From the NCBI GenBank assembly GCA_040285825.1, contig JAUPSS010000004.1:3789658-3853657 (forward strand): a stretch of DNA of 64,000 nucleotides, given 5' to 3'. The notes below the pieces were generated by a model. That model saw only the letters and a list, made by a program, of their open reading frames with translations, was not told the origin of the DNA and did not search any database. Made by a program: the position numbers and the translations under genes. Position 1 is the stretch's first letter, and every line of letters starts with the position of its first letter. The DNA is from Eukaryota sp. TZLM1-RC (taxonomy: Eukaryota > Protista > Metamonada: BaSk clade). Shown here piece by piece: positions 1-11,829 of this stretch.

Positions 1-24
1 TACTTATAAAATATCCATAAGTAC

Positions 25-860
25 CTTTCGTGAGCGCCATAAAAAAATATCAAATCTTTTCATTGTTTCTTTGAACCAAAGTGTCATTTGCAACATTACA
101 GGAGAAAAAGTCAACAACAGTTTCAGAGTTCTCAATCCAATCACGGTATACATTATTTCTATCATCAGAACCAAAACTATTCAATGACAGTGTTTCCTTC
201 AGCAGAAGCTCTTTGATACACGAAATTTTTGCAGTTCGTGCCATATTTAAAACAGTGTTTCTAACAGCATCATGTAATGAAGAACAATAAGTTATCAATT
301 TCGAACAATTCATAATATGGCGCAAAGTGAGCTGTGGTGAATTCGAACAAATACATTTTTCTTTTGATAATAATTGATTAATGGGGATATTCAAATATAA
401 TCTCATTTTTGTTACAAACGGTTCATTAGTAGCACACAGTTTAAATCTTCGTGGTACAATGGTTTCAAACAGTGAAGAATCTGATGACTTGTTTTCACAA
501 ACACCCTTTTCCAATAACAATGAGTGAAGATCTTGATTTAAAACAGCCGAGCTGCAAATATTATTATAAAGATAATTTTCATACATTCCAGTCAATCGTT
601 TCTGTAATGTTTGAAGAGTGTTTTTTAAATTAAAAATTTTTTCCGGAATATTACCATTGAATGATTGGGGAAAGTATCGACTCCATTTTTTATTTCAATT
701 TTTGAAATTTCTTCATTTAATCCAAAAATAGTAAAACTTGGCGTTATCATTAATAAATCTTCCCAATCGGATAGTCTTTCAGAAAACTCAAAAAATGCAT
801 TTCTACATCCACTATCAAAGGCAAATGAAGTAAGAATAGAAACCTTGGGCCAACCTAAAG
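25..860 (-). mobile_element. RLE-type (CRE-like) non-LTR retrotransposon, family A, 5'-truncated degenerate C-terminal fragment
   Basis: ORF 50..595 has a CxC..H..C knuckle, SLHDAVR and RLE-like segments; homologous to copies at 42730-43430, 55725-56031 and 62765-63100. Confidence 0.8.
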
Positions 861-864
861 GTGT

Positions 865-1215
865 TCTTCAATTTAAAGCTAAAGAAAATCATAGAAAATA
901 TGACAAAGATATTGAAGAAGCTAATGCTGATAGAAATGGACCACTTGTTGTTATTGCATTTCCATTTTCTACAAACGGAAGACTATCAGTAGAAGCAGGG
1001 ACTTCCTTGAATGATTTCCAAAAAATGGTTCAAGAATAAACAACGAAATGTTTTATATCTTTGTATGGCGCTCTCGAATTCAATTTGCCATAATCAATAG
1101 ATTGATTCGGTTTTTCAATCGAATTAGGAAGCTTTAGCTAGACAGCAAGTAGATCAAGATTCTGTAGAGGTAATCTTGGTTCATTGAATTTCGTCCCATT
1201 ACTTATGAGTTTATT
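865..1215 (+). mobile_element. RLE retrotransposon family A, 3' end fragment, head-to-head with the previous copy
   Basis: FKAKENHRKYDKDIEEANADRNGPLVVIAFPFSTNGRL; near-identical to 43085-43420. Confidence 0.8.
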
Positions 1216-1429
1216 TTGTGCAGTGTGGAAGTGCAATAAATAGACTGTTAGAAAACAATATTCAGAAACAAGTTCATTTTTGTTAAAAAAGCACTTTGCG
1301 CCCTCAATATTAATATTTAGTATTTATAATATTTAATATTTAGTTTTTTTTATTTATTTTATGTAAATATCTTTATTAAATATCAGCTCCGTGGCACAAT
1401 AATGACAAATAGTGATGAATATGATGACT

Positions 1430-1825
1430 GAACACCTCTTTCTAATGCTAATGAATGAAGATCTTGGTCTAAAACAGCCAAACTGCATAAAGGTATAAAA
1501 AGTTCATCTTCATACAATTGTTGTCATTCGTTTTTGTACTGTTTGAAGAGTGTATTTTAGATTCAAATCATTTTTTTCAGGAATGTTACCATTGAATGAT
1601 TGAGAAACACATCACTTCCATTTTTTTCTCATCACTTCTTGAAATTTCCTCAGTTAAAGCAGTACCAATTGAACTTTGCATTGGCTTTAATCAATCTTCC
1701 CAATCTGCAAATGTTTCTGAGAACTCAAATATGACAATTCTACATTCACCAATAAAAGCACATGAAGTAAGAAGAGAGGCTTTAGTCCAGTCTAAAAAAC
1801 CTCATTGTGGATTGAGATAAGGATG
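1430..1825 (-). mobile_element. RLE retrotransposon family A internal fragment
   Basis: Diverged duplicate of about 500-860. Confidence 0.7.
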
Positions 1826-2979
1826 ATCAGATAGTTGGGACATTTGACACCCTATCAGTTGAGACACAACTTTAGTAAACTATATAATAGAATTCTATAC
1901 CTGTTTTGTGGTTAATTCGCCATTAAAATGTATTAATTACTTATGTAATGTGATGGATCGGTGAAAGATTCCAGGTAACAAAGGAGAAATTAGTTGAGAT
2001 CAAATGTTTCGTTCAAAATTTGGTTGAGATTGTTTTCATTTTATTTCAATATTTGTCAATATTTGCAAAAATTCTACCGCGAAAAATTATATCCTGATTA
2101 ACAAACGAAAAAATTCATTTTTTTATTTCGTCTTTCTTTTATCTTTTCCATAACATCAATGCTATCTGTTTGTTTATAAAGTTCACCAGCACAAGGAGAC
2201 TAGCACAAGCAACTTGATTGGTTGATAAAAAAGTACCTTTTCGTGTGTGAAGATTGACCTCAGCAGCAAAAGTTGTTGACCTAATCAGTGAGATTATTTG
2301 TGAAATTATCTAAACAACAGTATACATAATCAAGAAGTGAAGTTCAGCAAGTTCATATTGTTTATACTACTGGTGCACAAACAACTAAACTGCAGCAGAA
2401 TGGAAAACAACTGTATTTAAATTCAATTTCAAAAAGCCGCAACTGGATAATTTATAAAAAACGAAGTTTCCAAATAGTATAATTTACTTTGGTCTACACC
2501 AACAAAATATTCAAAATTGAACTGATATTGAGGGGTGAAATCGCCCAAGAAAAAATGATTCAATGCTTCAAATTTGTGAGTGGTGATCTCAGTCATCTAG
2601 TAAAAGTGAGTGTGCGGCGGGTGCGAGACAACGAAAGCAAATGAAGTTCAAAAAACCTATCAAGAGAAAACGTTTGAGAACATTATATAAGAATGCTGGA
2701 TGTAAGTTCTTTAATTGGTTAGTTTTATTTGCACGGTAGCTGAACAGACAGTTGGGAGTTTCTGATGATGTAGTATTCCAAGTCCATCGAATATGGATGA
2801 GATGTATATTCACCACGGTCTTCCCATGTGAATCATACGAAAGAATACTGAAAATAATATAATATAATGATTCATTGAAATACAACACTTGATAATATAA
2901 CAACAGATCCAATGGGATCATTGAAATCTTTTATTAATCTTCTTTATTTATTTTCTACGTAATTACAAAACAAAACAAA

Positions 2980-3732
2980 TCAAAAGACATAAGAAACAAA
3001 ATTCTTCACACCAACTCTTGATGAATCCTTGTACAACTTGGACATCATTAAATTTAAATACTTGGGAACACTTCTATACAAAGCAAAAATGACACGATTC
3101 TTCCATAAATACCCAGCAAAATTTTTACCACATGAACGATGAAAATTATCAAAATCATTGAGAAAATTCAAAGCAGACTGAACAATGTTACCAAAAATCG
3201 AGAAGGCAAAAGGAACAAAAGAAAACTTCGTATAAAGGTTCTTGTTTAAATCGCTCAATAACTCAGCAGATTTGTCTCGTTTACGAACCTCAGCCTTGTT
3301 CAAGTGGCCATTAGAACTAATTAAAACATCATCACGATAAATGGAAGGAAACGGATCAACAATTGTAAAATCAACAACAACCTGAAAGGAATCTACAAAG
3401 GAGTAATTAAATCACCTCGACGAGAATCAAACAAATTATTATCGCTATAATGCTTCAACAAGGGTTCTACTTTGCAACTAAAATTGTAACACTTACACAG
3501 TTCAGATGTCACATCACGAACAGCATTATGAAGAACTGATCGATATTGAAGAAACTTTTTGCAACTCACAATATGACAGAAACCGGCAGACGGTTTTTCG
3601 TTGCAAATACACGCAGAATTATCCAAAAATCCACTTGGATACAACCCTAATCTCAAACGCCTGTTTTGTTTCCAAGCTTCATTTGCTAAGTGAAGTTCAA
3701 ATGGCCTTGGTTGATTAGAAATTAGCAATTTT
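2980..3732 (-). mobile_element. RLE retrotransposon family C, C-terminal fragment; interrupted by a MITE and probably resuming at about 4292-4385
   Basis: CICNE..CHIVSC..RSVLHNAVRD..VEPLL..RRGDL, then FVPFAFSIFG and LWKNRVIF. Confidence 0.8.
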
Positions 3733-4291
3733 CTAGGTTACCGAGTGCGCACTGAGTGCGACCTCGGCATCGCACTCACTTTGATCAAGACTATTCTGTG
3801 TGAAGAAACGGTTTACATTGTTGTGTTGTTCATATTCATATGAGGTTTACGTCGTATCCAAAACAATATTTACAGTAATTTTAACACTAATTCAAAAAAA
3901 TACTATCACCTATAATATCAAAACAATCACGAGAACAATCAAGTTCACGACAATGAAACACAACAATTTCTTCTTCAATCACATCAGCTTCAACAAACAT
4001 CCTTCCGTCTTGAATTTCCGCTGCCAAAAACTGTTCAGCTGACAAGAACTCAACTGGCTGATGCTCCTCATTGTCATCTACTTGGTTTTCTTGTTGTAGT
4101 TCTATGAAAAAGTGGTCTTTCAGGCTAAAAATGGGATTACAAATGGTGTTGGTGGGGTGAAGAATTAATGTACTATTCTACTACTTGTTTCATACATTGT
4201 GCTTTCTAATACTAACATTAATAATTAATATTATTAATTTAACAATAATAGTAAAAATTAATTCGAAAAATCGTCGCACTCGGTAACTTAG
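3733..4291. mobile_element. MITE / non-autonomous DNA transposon with 17-bp TIRs and a probable 8-bp TSD
   Basis: CTAGGTTACCGAGTGCG (3733-3749) vs CGCACTCGGTAACTTAG (4275-4291), one mismatch; flanks GCAATTTT / GTAATTTT; subterminal GAGTGCG repeats. Confidence 0.8.
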
Positions 4292-4387
4292 GTAATTTTG
4301 AATGTCTGACAAAAAGGCAGCAAAGACGGATTTAATCTTCTTTTATTAATTCATTCATAGAATTGGAAATTCCCATAAGTTCACGAT

Positions 4388-4800
4388 CTATTTTCGTGTG
4401 GAATAATTACAAAAACTATCTACTACACAAATACTGAGGCCTTTCATTACTTCAATTGTCATTTCGTTAGACTCTATCATTTGGTTACTGTCGTAATCTA
4501 CCTCAGTATACTTTGTCGCCCATCGTTTTTGCTTTTCATTCATCCTACTTTTCAAAGACCAGGACGTTTGAGTCATTCTCAACCATTTGTACTTCTTGTC
4601 TTGATTCATCACCAGACTATTTCTTTGCTGATCAGTTTCATGTTCAGGCAACATGGCTAGTTCTTCATCAGTCTTTTTACTCCCAAAATACAATCAATCA
4701 CGTTTTCCAGGATCACAAACAACAATTCGTTTGTCTTGAAAATCATCAACATCAACATCAACATCATCAATATATAAATCCGAAATACTAGCCTTGTTGT
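4388..4800 (-). pseudogene. Fanzor (TnpB-like) RuvC-I region fragment
   Basis: Manual translation YIDD..DFQDKRIVVCDPGKRD*LYFG..KYKWLRMTQ parallels YIDD..AADPGKSDLLYF..FRYTQ of the 14.2-15.5 kb Fanzor. Confidence 0.75.
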
Positions 4801-4844
4801 CTGGCTTACATTTCTGACCTTGTAAATCCCGACGAACAGCAAAT

Positions 4845-6030
4845 TTGGGTGGTATTGGATTTACTAAATCTTCTATTTTGTGTCAATCAGCTTTTTTGGG
4901 TGAAAGGCAAGAATTTTATTTATGAATTTTCTCGTAGATTTCCTGATGATTCTCTTCTGTTAGTTTCCAGTTGCAGTTTATCTTTTAATGAGTTATCTTG
5001 TGAACTTGATAGATTGCCACCACAAATTTGGACCAAATGTTTTTCCCATTCAATTCAAGAAATTCCAAACCGATCTCTTTTTAATTTACAGTTTTGCTGT
5101 AAAAAGCTTCAACAAACATTGTCAAAGATTTTTGAAAGCTTGAATTTTGATGTTAGACTTGGCTTGGCCAAGAAAAAGAATCCCGCTTTTGCAAATCTTT
5201 TACAAGATATGTGTGACAGTACTTCTTCTGCCTTAGTAACAACAATTCCACAAGTTTATGGTGCTCTCTTAACAGATTCTGCCTGGACTTTGAATATGAG
5301 ATTTCGTTCCTTTATCTGGCCTGATAATTTACCTCATAATTTAATTTGTAAATGTTCTCGAAAAATTACAATTACTCATTTGTTAAATTGTAAACATTTT
5401 AATACTTTTAGAAGCAAGGTTCACGATGCTGTAAGAGACCAATTATATTGTATGTGTAAGTCTCATAGAATTGAATCCTTTTTGGAACCTCTGTTGTCAA
5501 ATCTGTTTGATGCTGAAAATGATTTTCATAAGAATAATAGAGGTGATGAAATATTACCTGGATTAGATGGAAGCTTTATTTGACTGGATGTAATGTCTGT
5601 TGATCCTTGTAATGCCTCAAATGAAAGGCTTGGTAATTCTGAAATTCATAGTCCTCTTTCAAATGCTGAAATTTCAGAATCACAAAATACAGTGAACCTT
5701 TGTCCACATTGTCCAGTCAACAGCATGCAAAATACAATTTGTATCAATTTGCATTTTCTCTTTTTGGTTCACTTGCTCCAACGGCTATACGTTTTTTGGC
5801 AGATTTTGAATTGATTGTAAGGAGAAGAACTAACCGAAATTTTATCAGATTGTTTTGGCAAAATAGAATTGTGTTTTCTATTTTTAAGGGGATGTTGAAG
5901 ATGGTTTCTGATGCTTTGCTTTCTCTTGGATCTCACTATGAGAGAGTTGCATCTAGTTGTTTTGTTTTGGGAGAGATGGATTATTTAGAGGTTGATTTAT
6001 AAGTTTTTGATAAAAACAATTAAAAAAAAT
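4845..6030 (+). mobile_element. RLE retrotransposon family B, 5'-truncated, frameshifted
   Basis: Starts LGGIGFTKSS (post-RT GGLG-type motif); CKC..H..C, RSKVHDAVRD, NRGD, FWQNRIVF; A-rich tail. Confidence 0.85.
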
Positions 6031-6364
6031 AATATGATCAGAAAATAAATCAACTTTTTCTCATTGACTTTTCTTTAACCACAATAGACTTTAGACAACA
6101 GTTGGGATTAACATCTAATACATTATTGGCTACTCGATGTTTCGGGTGCAGTGCACAACAATTTTCAATATTTTAACATAAAATGTATCAGAAGGAAAAA
6201 CTTTCAATAAGCTCAAGCAAAGAAAGAGGTTTATTTTTTCAAACTTCAAAAAGGTTAAAAAAATAGAAAACTCATTTTAACAAAAGACTGTGATAAAATT
6301 TGTGGTGTTGTTCCTATTATAAATGTTTATGGTCATTTATGATCCAGGAAGAAATCAAAACATT

Positions 6365-7153
6365 TTTTTTAAATATAATTTTATTCTAAACCTATAAATC
6401 AACATCTAAAAAATCCATCTCTCCCAAAACAAAAACACTAGATGCAACTCTCTCATAGTGAGATCCAAGAGAAAGCAAAGCATCAGAAACCATCTTCAAC
6501 ATCCCCTTAAAAATAGAAAACACAATTCTATTTTGCCAAAACAATCTGTTGAAATTTCTGCCAGTTCTTCTCTTTACAATCATTTCAAATCATCCAAAAA
6601 ACGTAAAGCAGTTGGTGCAAGTGAACCAAAAAGGGAAAATACAAATGGATACAAATTGTATTTTGCATGCTGTAGACTGGCCAATTTGGACAAAGGTTCA
6701 TTGTATTTTTTGAATTTAAAATTTTCAGCATTTGAAAGGGGATTATGAATTTCAGAATTAACAAGCCTTTCATTTGAGGCATTACAAGGATCAACAGACA
6801 TTACATCCAATAAAATGAAGCTTCCATCTAATCCAGGTAATATAACATCACCTCTATTATTCTTATGAAAATCATTTTCAGCATCAAACAGATTTGACAA
6901 CAGAGGTTCCAAGAAGGATTCAATTCTATGAGATTTACACATACAATATAACTGGTCTCTTACAGCATCATGAACCTTGCTTCTAAAAGTAATAAAATGT
7001 TTACAATTTAACAAATGAGTAGTTGTAATTTCTCGAGAACATTTACAAATTAAATTATGAGGTAAATTATCAGGCCAGATAAAGGAACGAAATCTCATAT
7101 TCAGAGTCCAAGCAGAATCGGATAAGAGAGTACCATAAACTTGTGGAATTGTT
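6365..7153 (-). mobile_element. RLE retrotransposon family B, 5'-truncated, inverted relative to 4845-6030
   Basis: ORFs 6580..7098 and 6392..6583 are nearly identical to the + copy. Confidence 0.85.
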
Positions 7154-7197
7154 CAAATTTGAATCAAAACATCAGCAACTTCTTTTTGCAGGGTCTA

Positions 7198-8145
7198 ATG
7201 GATCTTCTCTCTCGGATACCCAACATCACTGCCCCATGTGATCTGGTCCAACGTTCTGCTTCTTACTTCTCATCTTCCGTGGTTCCCTCAGTCACTGCTG
7301 ATCGTCTTTCGAGGGAAATTAAATCCTTCATCAAATCTTCACATCTTCCAATGCCTCATACTGCTGCAACACTTCTACATTCAGATTGTACCCCTCTTTC
7401 TCTCTTCAACTCTCCTTATTTCACCATCAGACCTTTCTACCTTCATGAAATTATGATGTCTTCTGCCCTTGCCCCTACTTTCTCAACACACCTCTTATCC
7501 AAAATTCTTGTGTCTGAGAAGTTTGGTGGCCATTCTTCTCGCTCTACTATTTTGGACTTTTCCCTTGGGTTTTCCCCTCATGCATTATCTCTCTACATAG
7601 CATCAATGCTAGGTGATGCCTCATCGACTCAAGCTATCAATGCTATTGTGGACAAGTTGACAGTAATATTACCTTCCACATCTGGGTCTCTTGGAGGACT
7701 GAAGCATGATTTGGAAGCCTTGTTTATATCTGCAATTGAAAACAAAGCCAAGGTAGTTGTTATTAAAGGATTGGATGTTTTTCTCAGTACTTTTGACTTT
7801 AAATGTCGCCCAATAACTTTGGATTTTATTAGGAAAACTTTATTGAATTTTACTAAGGTTACTGGTATTTCAGTAGTGTTAGTTACTTCTCAGGATTTTC
7901 CATTTAATTTTTCCAATATTGTTTTTTCATTTTCAAGAGAAAACAGTGATTTATTCAAGTTTTCTCTATTTAAATCTCCTTTTGCTATTAATTGTTCTTC
8001 TTTTGTTTACCATAATGCCAATTCCCTTCTTGTTGATAGTGGTGAAATTGAATCACTTCAAGTTGATGATTCCCTCAGAGAAGAACCACAATGTCAAGTA
8101 TTTTCTTTGAATGATTATTTTGCAATGTCGTTTGGCCTTAATTAA
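7198..8145 (+). CDS. Hypothetical protein, possibly a divergent RecA/RAD51-paralog-like fold
   Basis: Long ORF, first ATG at 7198; VVVIKGLD, ISVVLVTSQ and FSLFKSP resemble RecA-fold strands; no Walker A seen. Confidence 0.6.
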   Translation: MDLLSRIPNITAPCDLVQRSASYFSSSVVPSVTADRLSREIKSFIKSSHLPMPHTAATLLHSDCTPLSLFNSPYFTIRPFYLHEIMMSSALAPTFSTHLLSKILVSEKFGGHSSRSTILDFSLGFSPHALSLYIASMLGDASSTQAINAIVDKLTVILPSTSGSLGGLKHDLEALFISAIENKAKVVVIKGLDVFLSTFDFKCRPITLDFIRKTLLNFTKVTGISVVLVTSQDFPFNFSNIVFSFSRENSDLFKFSLFKSPFAINCSSFVYHNANSLLVDSGEIESLQVDDSLREEPQCQVFSLNDYFAMSFGLN

Positions 8146-8217
8146 GTTTGAATACTCTCTTTTTTATTCAATAAAATATGATAAAATATACAATATTTAC
8201 ACAAAAACTAACAAAAA

Positions 8218-8958
8218 CTATTCCTCACCCATTTCATCCACACCCCTTTTCCTCCTCCAAAACCCTAGTTTTAGTCCATTATAAAACAACGAAACCACTC
8301 CTCCAGAAGGTCTTGTAATTTCGTGTTGGACTATAATACCTGAAGGAAGCAAAACTTCTCCAGTGGAAACAGATATGGAAACCAAACTAACTTCAATAGG
8401 GATTGTAATTTCTTCAGCAATGGCCTTGGAAGAACCGTCAGTGGCAGAAGGGGGAACTAGGGGAATATACGTACGTACTGAACTCATTTTGCCGGTAGAA
8501 GTTATTAACCCATCAGGATTGTCAGATTTAAAGTGTATTTGAACACCATATTGAATAGCTGAACGTTTAACATTAGTGGAGCGGGAAGGGTTACTGTACT
8601 CGTCACATAGATGGCCCCAATAGACATGGGAAACAGTGGTAAGAGGGAATCTCTTTACATGGTGGACTTGGTTAAGAGAAAAGTCGAATTTGACATGGTA
8701 GATGGCTTGTGCAGTGAGTAGAAGGAACCGTTCTTGGTGATGACCCCTTTTGTTTATCGAGATAACAGTGTAACCTTTAAGGAAGAGTTCTGAATCGTCG
8801 ACTACTTTGTTGCGAAGATATTGAAGTCTACTGAATGTCTCTGGATCAGGAATGAAAGGAGATGCTGAAGAATTGATGACGCTTTTGACTTTATGAAGGT
8901 CACCACTGCGAACAGCAGCGAGAAGCTGTACCTTCTCCGATCGAGAAAACCCTGACAT
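8218..8958 (-). CDS. hSac2/PH-like domain protein
   Basis: 246-aa ORF; VISINKRGHHQERFLLLTAQAIYHVKFDF. Confidence 0.6.
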   Translation of the reverse strand: MSGFSRSEKVQLLAAVRSGDLHKVKSVINSSASPFIPDPETFSRLQYLRNKVVDDSELFLKGYTVISINKRGHHQERFLLLTAQAIYHVKFDFSLNQVHHVKRFPLTTVSHVYWGHLCDEYSNPSRSTNVKRSAIQYGVQIHFKSDNPDGLITSTGKMSSVRTYIPLVPPSATDGSSKAIAEEITIPIEVSLVSISVSTGEVLLPSGIIVQHEITRPSGGVVSLFYNGLKLGFWRRKRGVDEMGEE

Positions 8959-9385
8959 TGAGGTTCAATTAATTGAATAGGGAAAAAACAACTAAGACTA
9001 CCAGAAGATACCTCCAAATAATTTTCACCATCTCAAATTCGATACCAGTTTCAATCTGATACAGAAAATGCTAATTACTAAGTGTAGTACAGTGGAAGGA
9101 TTTTCACACGATTCAAGCTCTTCACCTACTGACCCCTTCTATTCATATTTTCCAACTTTAGGTGCATTACCTAGCGAAAATGAATCAATGTTTTCAAAGG
9201 CCAAGAGTTTGTTAAACATCATCAAAACTTCAAATTCTCGAGGAGTAATTGTTGTTATTTTGTTTATCAAGAATTATGAATTGATACTGTGAAAGGGAAG
9301 ACTGCCGTAGTAATAGAAGAAATTCAGTTTCAATTACCAGGTCAATTTTTCAATTCAACATTGAAGAGTCTACTCATCTACAAGA

Positions 9386-10831
9386 ATGCGAAAGTTTGTG
9401 AAGCATAGAACACTTACAGATCCTATACACGACTCTCTACACCTCGATTCATGGTGCTTTGATGATATAGTTGATACACCTGAATTTCAACGTCTTAGGA
9501 ACATTAAGCAACTTTCTACTTGTCACTACGTCTTCCCATCTGCTACACATACAAGATTTGAACATTCTCTTGGTGTTGCTCATCTAGCTCGTATGTGGTC
9601 CTCCCGTCTTGTTATCAACAATGAAGGAGAACATAACACCCGCAGGACCCTTGACATGATAACCATCGGTGGTTTAATCCACGATCTGGGTCATGGTTGT
9701 TTATCTCACACATTTGACTCTCTCTTTATGAAGAAGAAAAGGCCTGAACGAAACTGGTCACATGAAGAAGGTAGCGTTCTTTTGTTTAATAAAATTGTTG
9801 CAGACAACCATCTAGATCTCAACAACCAGGATATTCAAATGGTAGAGGATATAGTGCATGGAAGAGTTCCTCTGAATTCAGTAGTAACTTGGCCTTTTGA
9901 AATTGTGTCAAATTCTCTAACTTCCATTGATGTGGACAAGTTTGATTATTTCATGCGCGATTCTAAGTTTCTTGGTGTCTCAACTCTTTTTAACAATCCT
10001 AACAGACTAATCGGGATGAGTTCTGTGATCAACGGTAGAATTGCCTTTGAGAAGAAGCTCTCTCTAGACATTTCTAATTTCTATCATACAAGGTATTCGT
10101 TGTTCAAGCAAGCCTACTCTCACAGAGTCTCCAAAGCAGTTGAGCACATGGTCTGTGACGCATTGATTGAAGTTGATGATCTTTTCGGTATAAGTTCTGC
10201 TGTGGACGATATGGAGAGGTTTCTTTCCATTGATGATCATTTGATCAGTCGAATTCAATGGTCTCAAGGTGACTCACCTCGACTTAAAAAGGCAAAAGAA
10301 ATAATTCATCGAATTAATACTAGAGATTTATACAACTTTGTCGCCGAATTCATATTGCCGAGCAATTTCTTTGTTGAACCCCAAGATATTTCAACCCATT
10401 CTGATGGTCAACTTTCTCCAGATGACGTCATCATTTCCAATAACACCTTAGCCTACAAGTCGGGAGCTTCAGATCAGGACCCTTTTGAAAACATTCTCTT
10501 TTACGACTCTAATCACGAAGTTTTGAAGTTGAAGTTTTCAGACGTCAGTAAGTTGGGACCTAGTTGCTTTAAAGAGTTGTGTATTCAGGTATTCGTTCGG
10601 AACAAGGATAATACTGATGCTGCCGGAGTTGCTTTTGAAAAGTTCTTGCACCAACACGGAATTAATTCATTCAAATACAAACCAAAGCAGATCTTACCAC
10701 GGTCATCTCAGCTTTCTTCGCCACGTGGAAGAGCTTCTCTACTATCTCCAAACTTTCTCAACAGTTCTTCCGATCAAGTAGTAATGGCTTCAGTCAGTCA
10801 AAGCCCCTTGGCCAAGAGGGCGAGGAGGTGA
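9386..10831 (+). CDS. SAMHD1: SAMHD1-like HD-domain dNTP triphosphohydrolase
   Basis: DPIH, DTPEFQRLRNIKQL, HTRFEHSLGV, IHDLGHG, DVDKFDYFMRD. Confidence 0.92.
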   Translation: MRKFVKHRTLTDPIHDSLHLDSWCFDDIVDTPEFQRLRNIKQLSTCHYVFPSATHTRFEHSLGVAHLARMWSSRLVINNEGEHNTRRTLDMITIGGLIHDLGHGCLSHTFDSLFMKKKRPERNWSHEEGSVLLFNKIVADNHLDLNNQDIQMVEDIVHGRVPLNSVVTWPFEIVSNSLTSIDVDKFDYFMRDSKFLGVSTLFNNPNRLIGMSSVINGRIAFEKKLSLDISNFYHTRYSLFKQAYSHRVSKAVEHMVCDALIEVDDLFGISSAVDDMERFLSIDDHLISRIQWSQGDSPRLKKAKEIIHRINTRDLYNFVAEFILPSNFFVEPQDISTHSDGQLSPDDVIISNNTLAYKSGASDQDPFENILFYDSNHEVLKLKFSDVSKLGPSCFKELCIQVFVRNKDNTDAAGVAFEKFLHQHGINSFKYKPKQILPRSSQLSSPRGRASLLSPNFLNSSSDQVVMASVSQSPLAKRARR

Positions 10832-11829
10832 TGGTTTAATTCAATTGTTTTACTTTGTTTTCAAAGGTTTTGTTGTAAATTATATTTTCTTTGAAGGAGA
10901 TATGAAGGTAGTTGTTTTTGTAAAGTTCACTTATCTGTATATTGTTCTTCCTTTTTTAGTCTGGACTAGTTCGACAATACACCAATTGTTTCTTCATCAC
11001 TTTCTTTCTTTGTTCTGTTGCCTTTAATTGTTGCTTCAAATCACTCTTTATGGTAATTGCATCTTTATTCTACTTTTTTTCAGATGGAATTCAGTCTCTT
11101 TAATTAGTAATAAGCTAATTTTTTTCGAGCTTTAGGACTCCCCCTGCACTCCTTCTACCGGTTTTTCTACTCATCTTTGATAACAATTTGTTTACTAATA
11201 GTGTACTGATTAACTACACACCTTCTACTTGTACAGAACTTTTTATATTACACTTTGATAAGAGAAAGGCATTTCTCTAATCCACAGTACATTCCACAGC
11301 TTGCCGTGGTTGTTTAAGTCACAGCAAAGGTCTTCATGGAGATGATAAACTTATAGCCCTGTCCTCCTCCAATAATGAACCTGATATCAAGGTTTTTGTT
11401 TCAGACAGCACTTTCTGTTCTTCACTGCTTCATCTTTTTCCTTCAACCAAAGCGTCTCTTCTTGCTGACCCCAACGTTTTGCCTTCTTCTGCTCAATGCT
11501 ACTCCAATCTAGCTGGTGTTACCGGCTCTTTGACTATACATTCTTTCTCAGAAAACTGCTTATCCTTAATTCGGCCTCTTGGAACAGTTCTTGCCTTGGA
11601 CTGTGGAAGTACGGATGAGTCTTGTGCGGTTTTTCTAATTTTGACCACAATGGATTCTAAAATATTATCACTGTCTGGATATTTGAATTGTTGTAGCTCT
11701 TTCAAGTATTTCGTGAAAATCCAAGCTTCGGGCTTCATGTAAAAATGTATATAATGCTCTTGAGTACCTCAAAATTTAAAATACGTCTCATCAAATAATT
11801 CAAAGAGAGTCCCACTACCAGTCCATATT

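Noticed and set aside
5581-5583. Stop-codon reassignment suggested by in-frame TGA in mobile elements
   Set aside because: Intact host genes end in TAA, TAG and TGA and have no internal stops; these are pseudogene mutations.
11100-11740. Possible LTR gag/protease debris
   Set aside because: No diagnostic motif could be confirmed.
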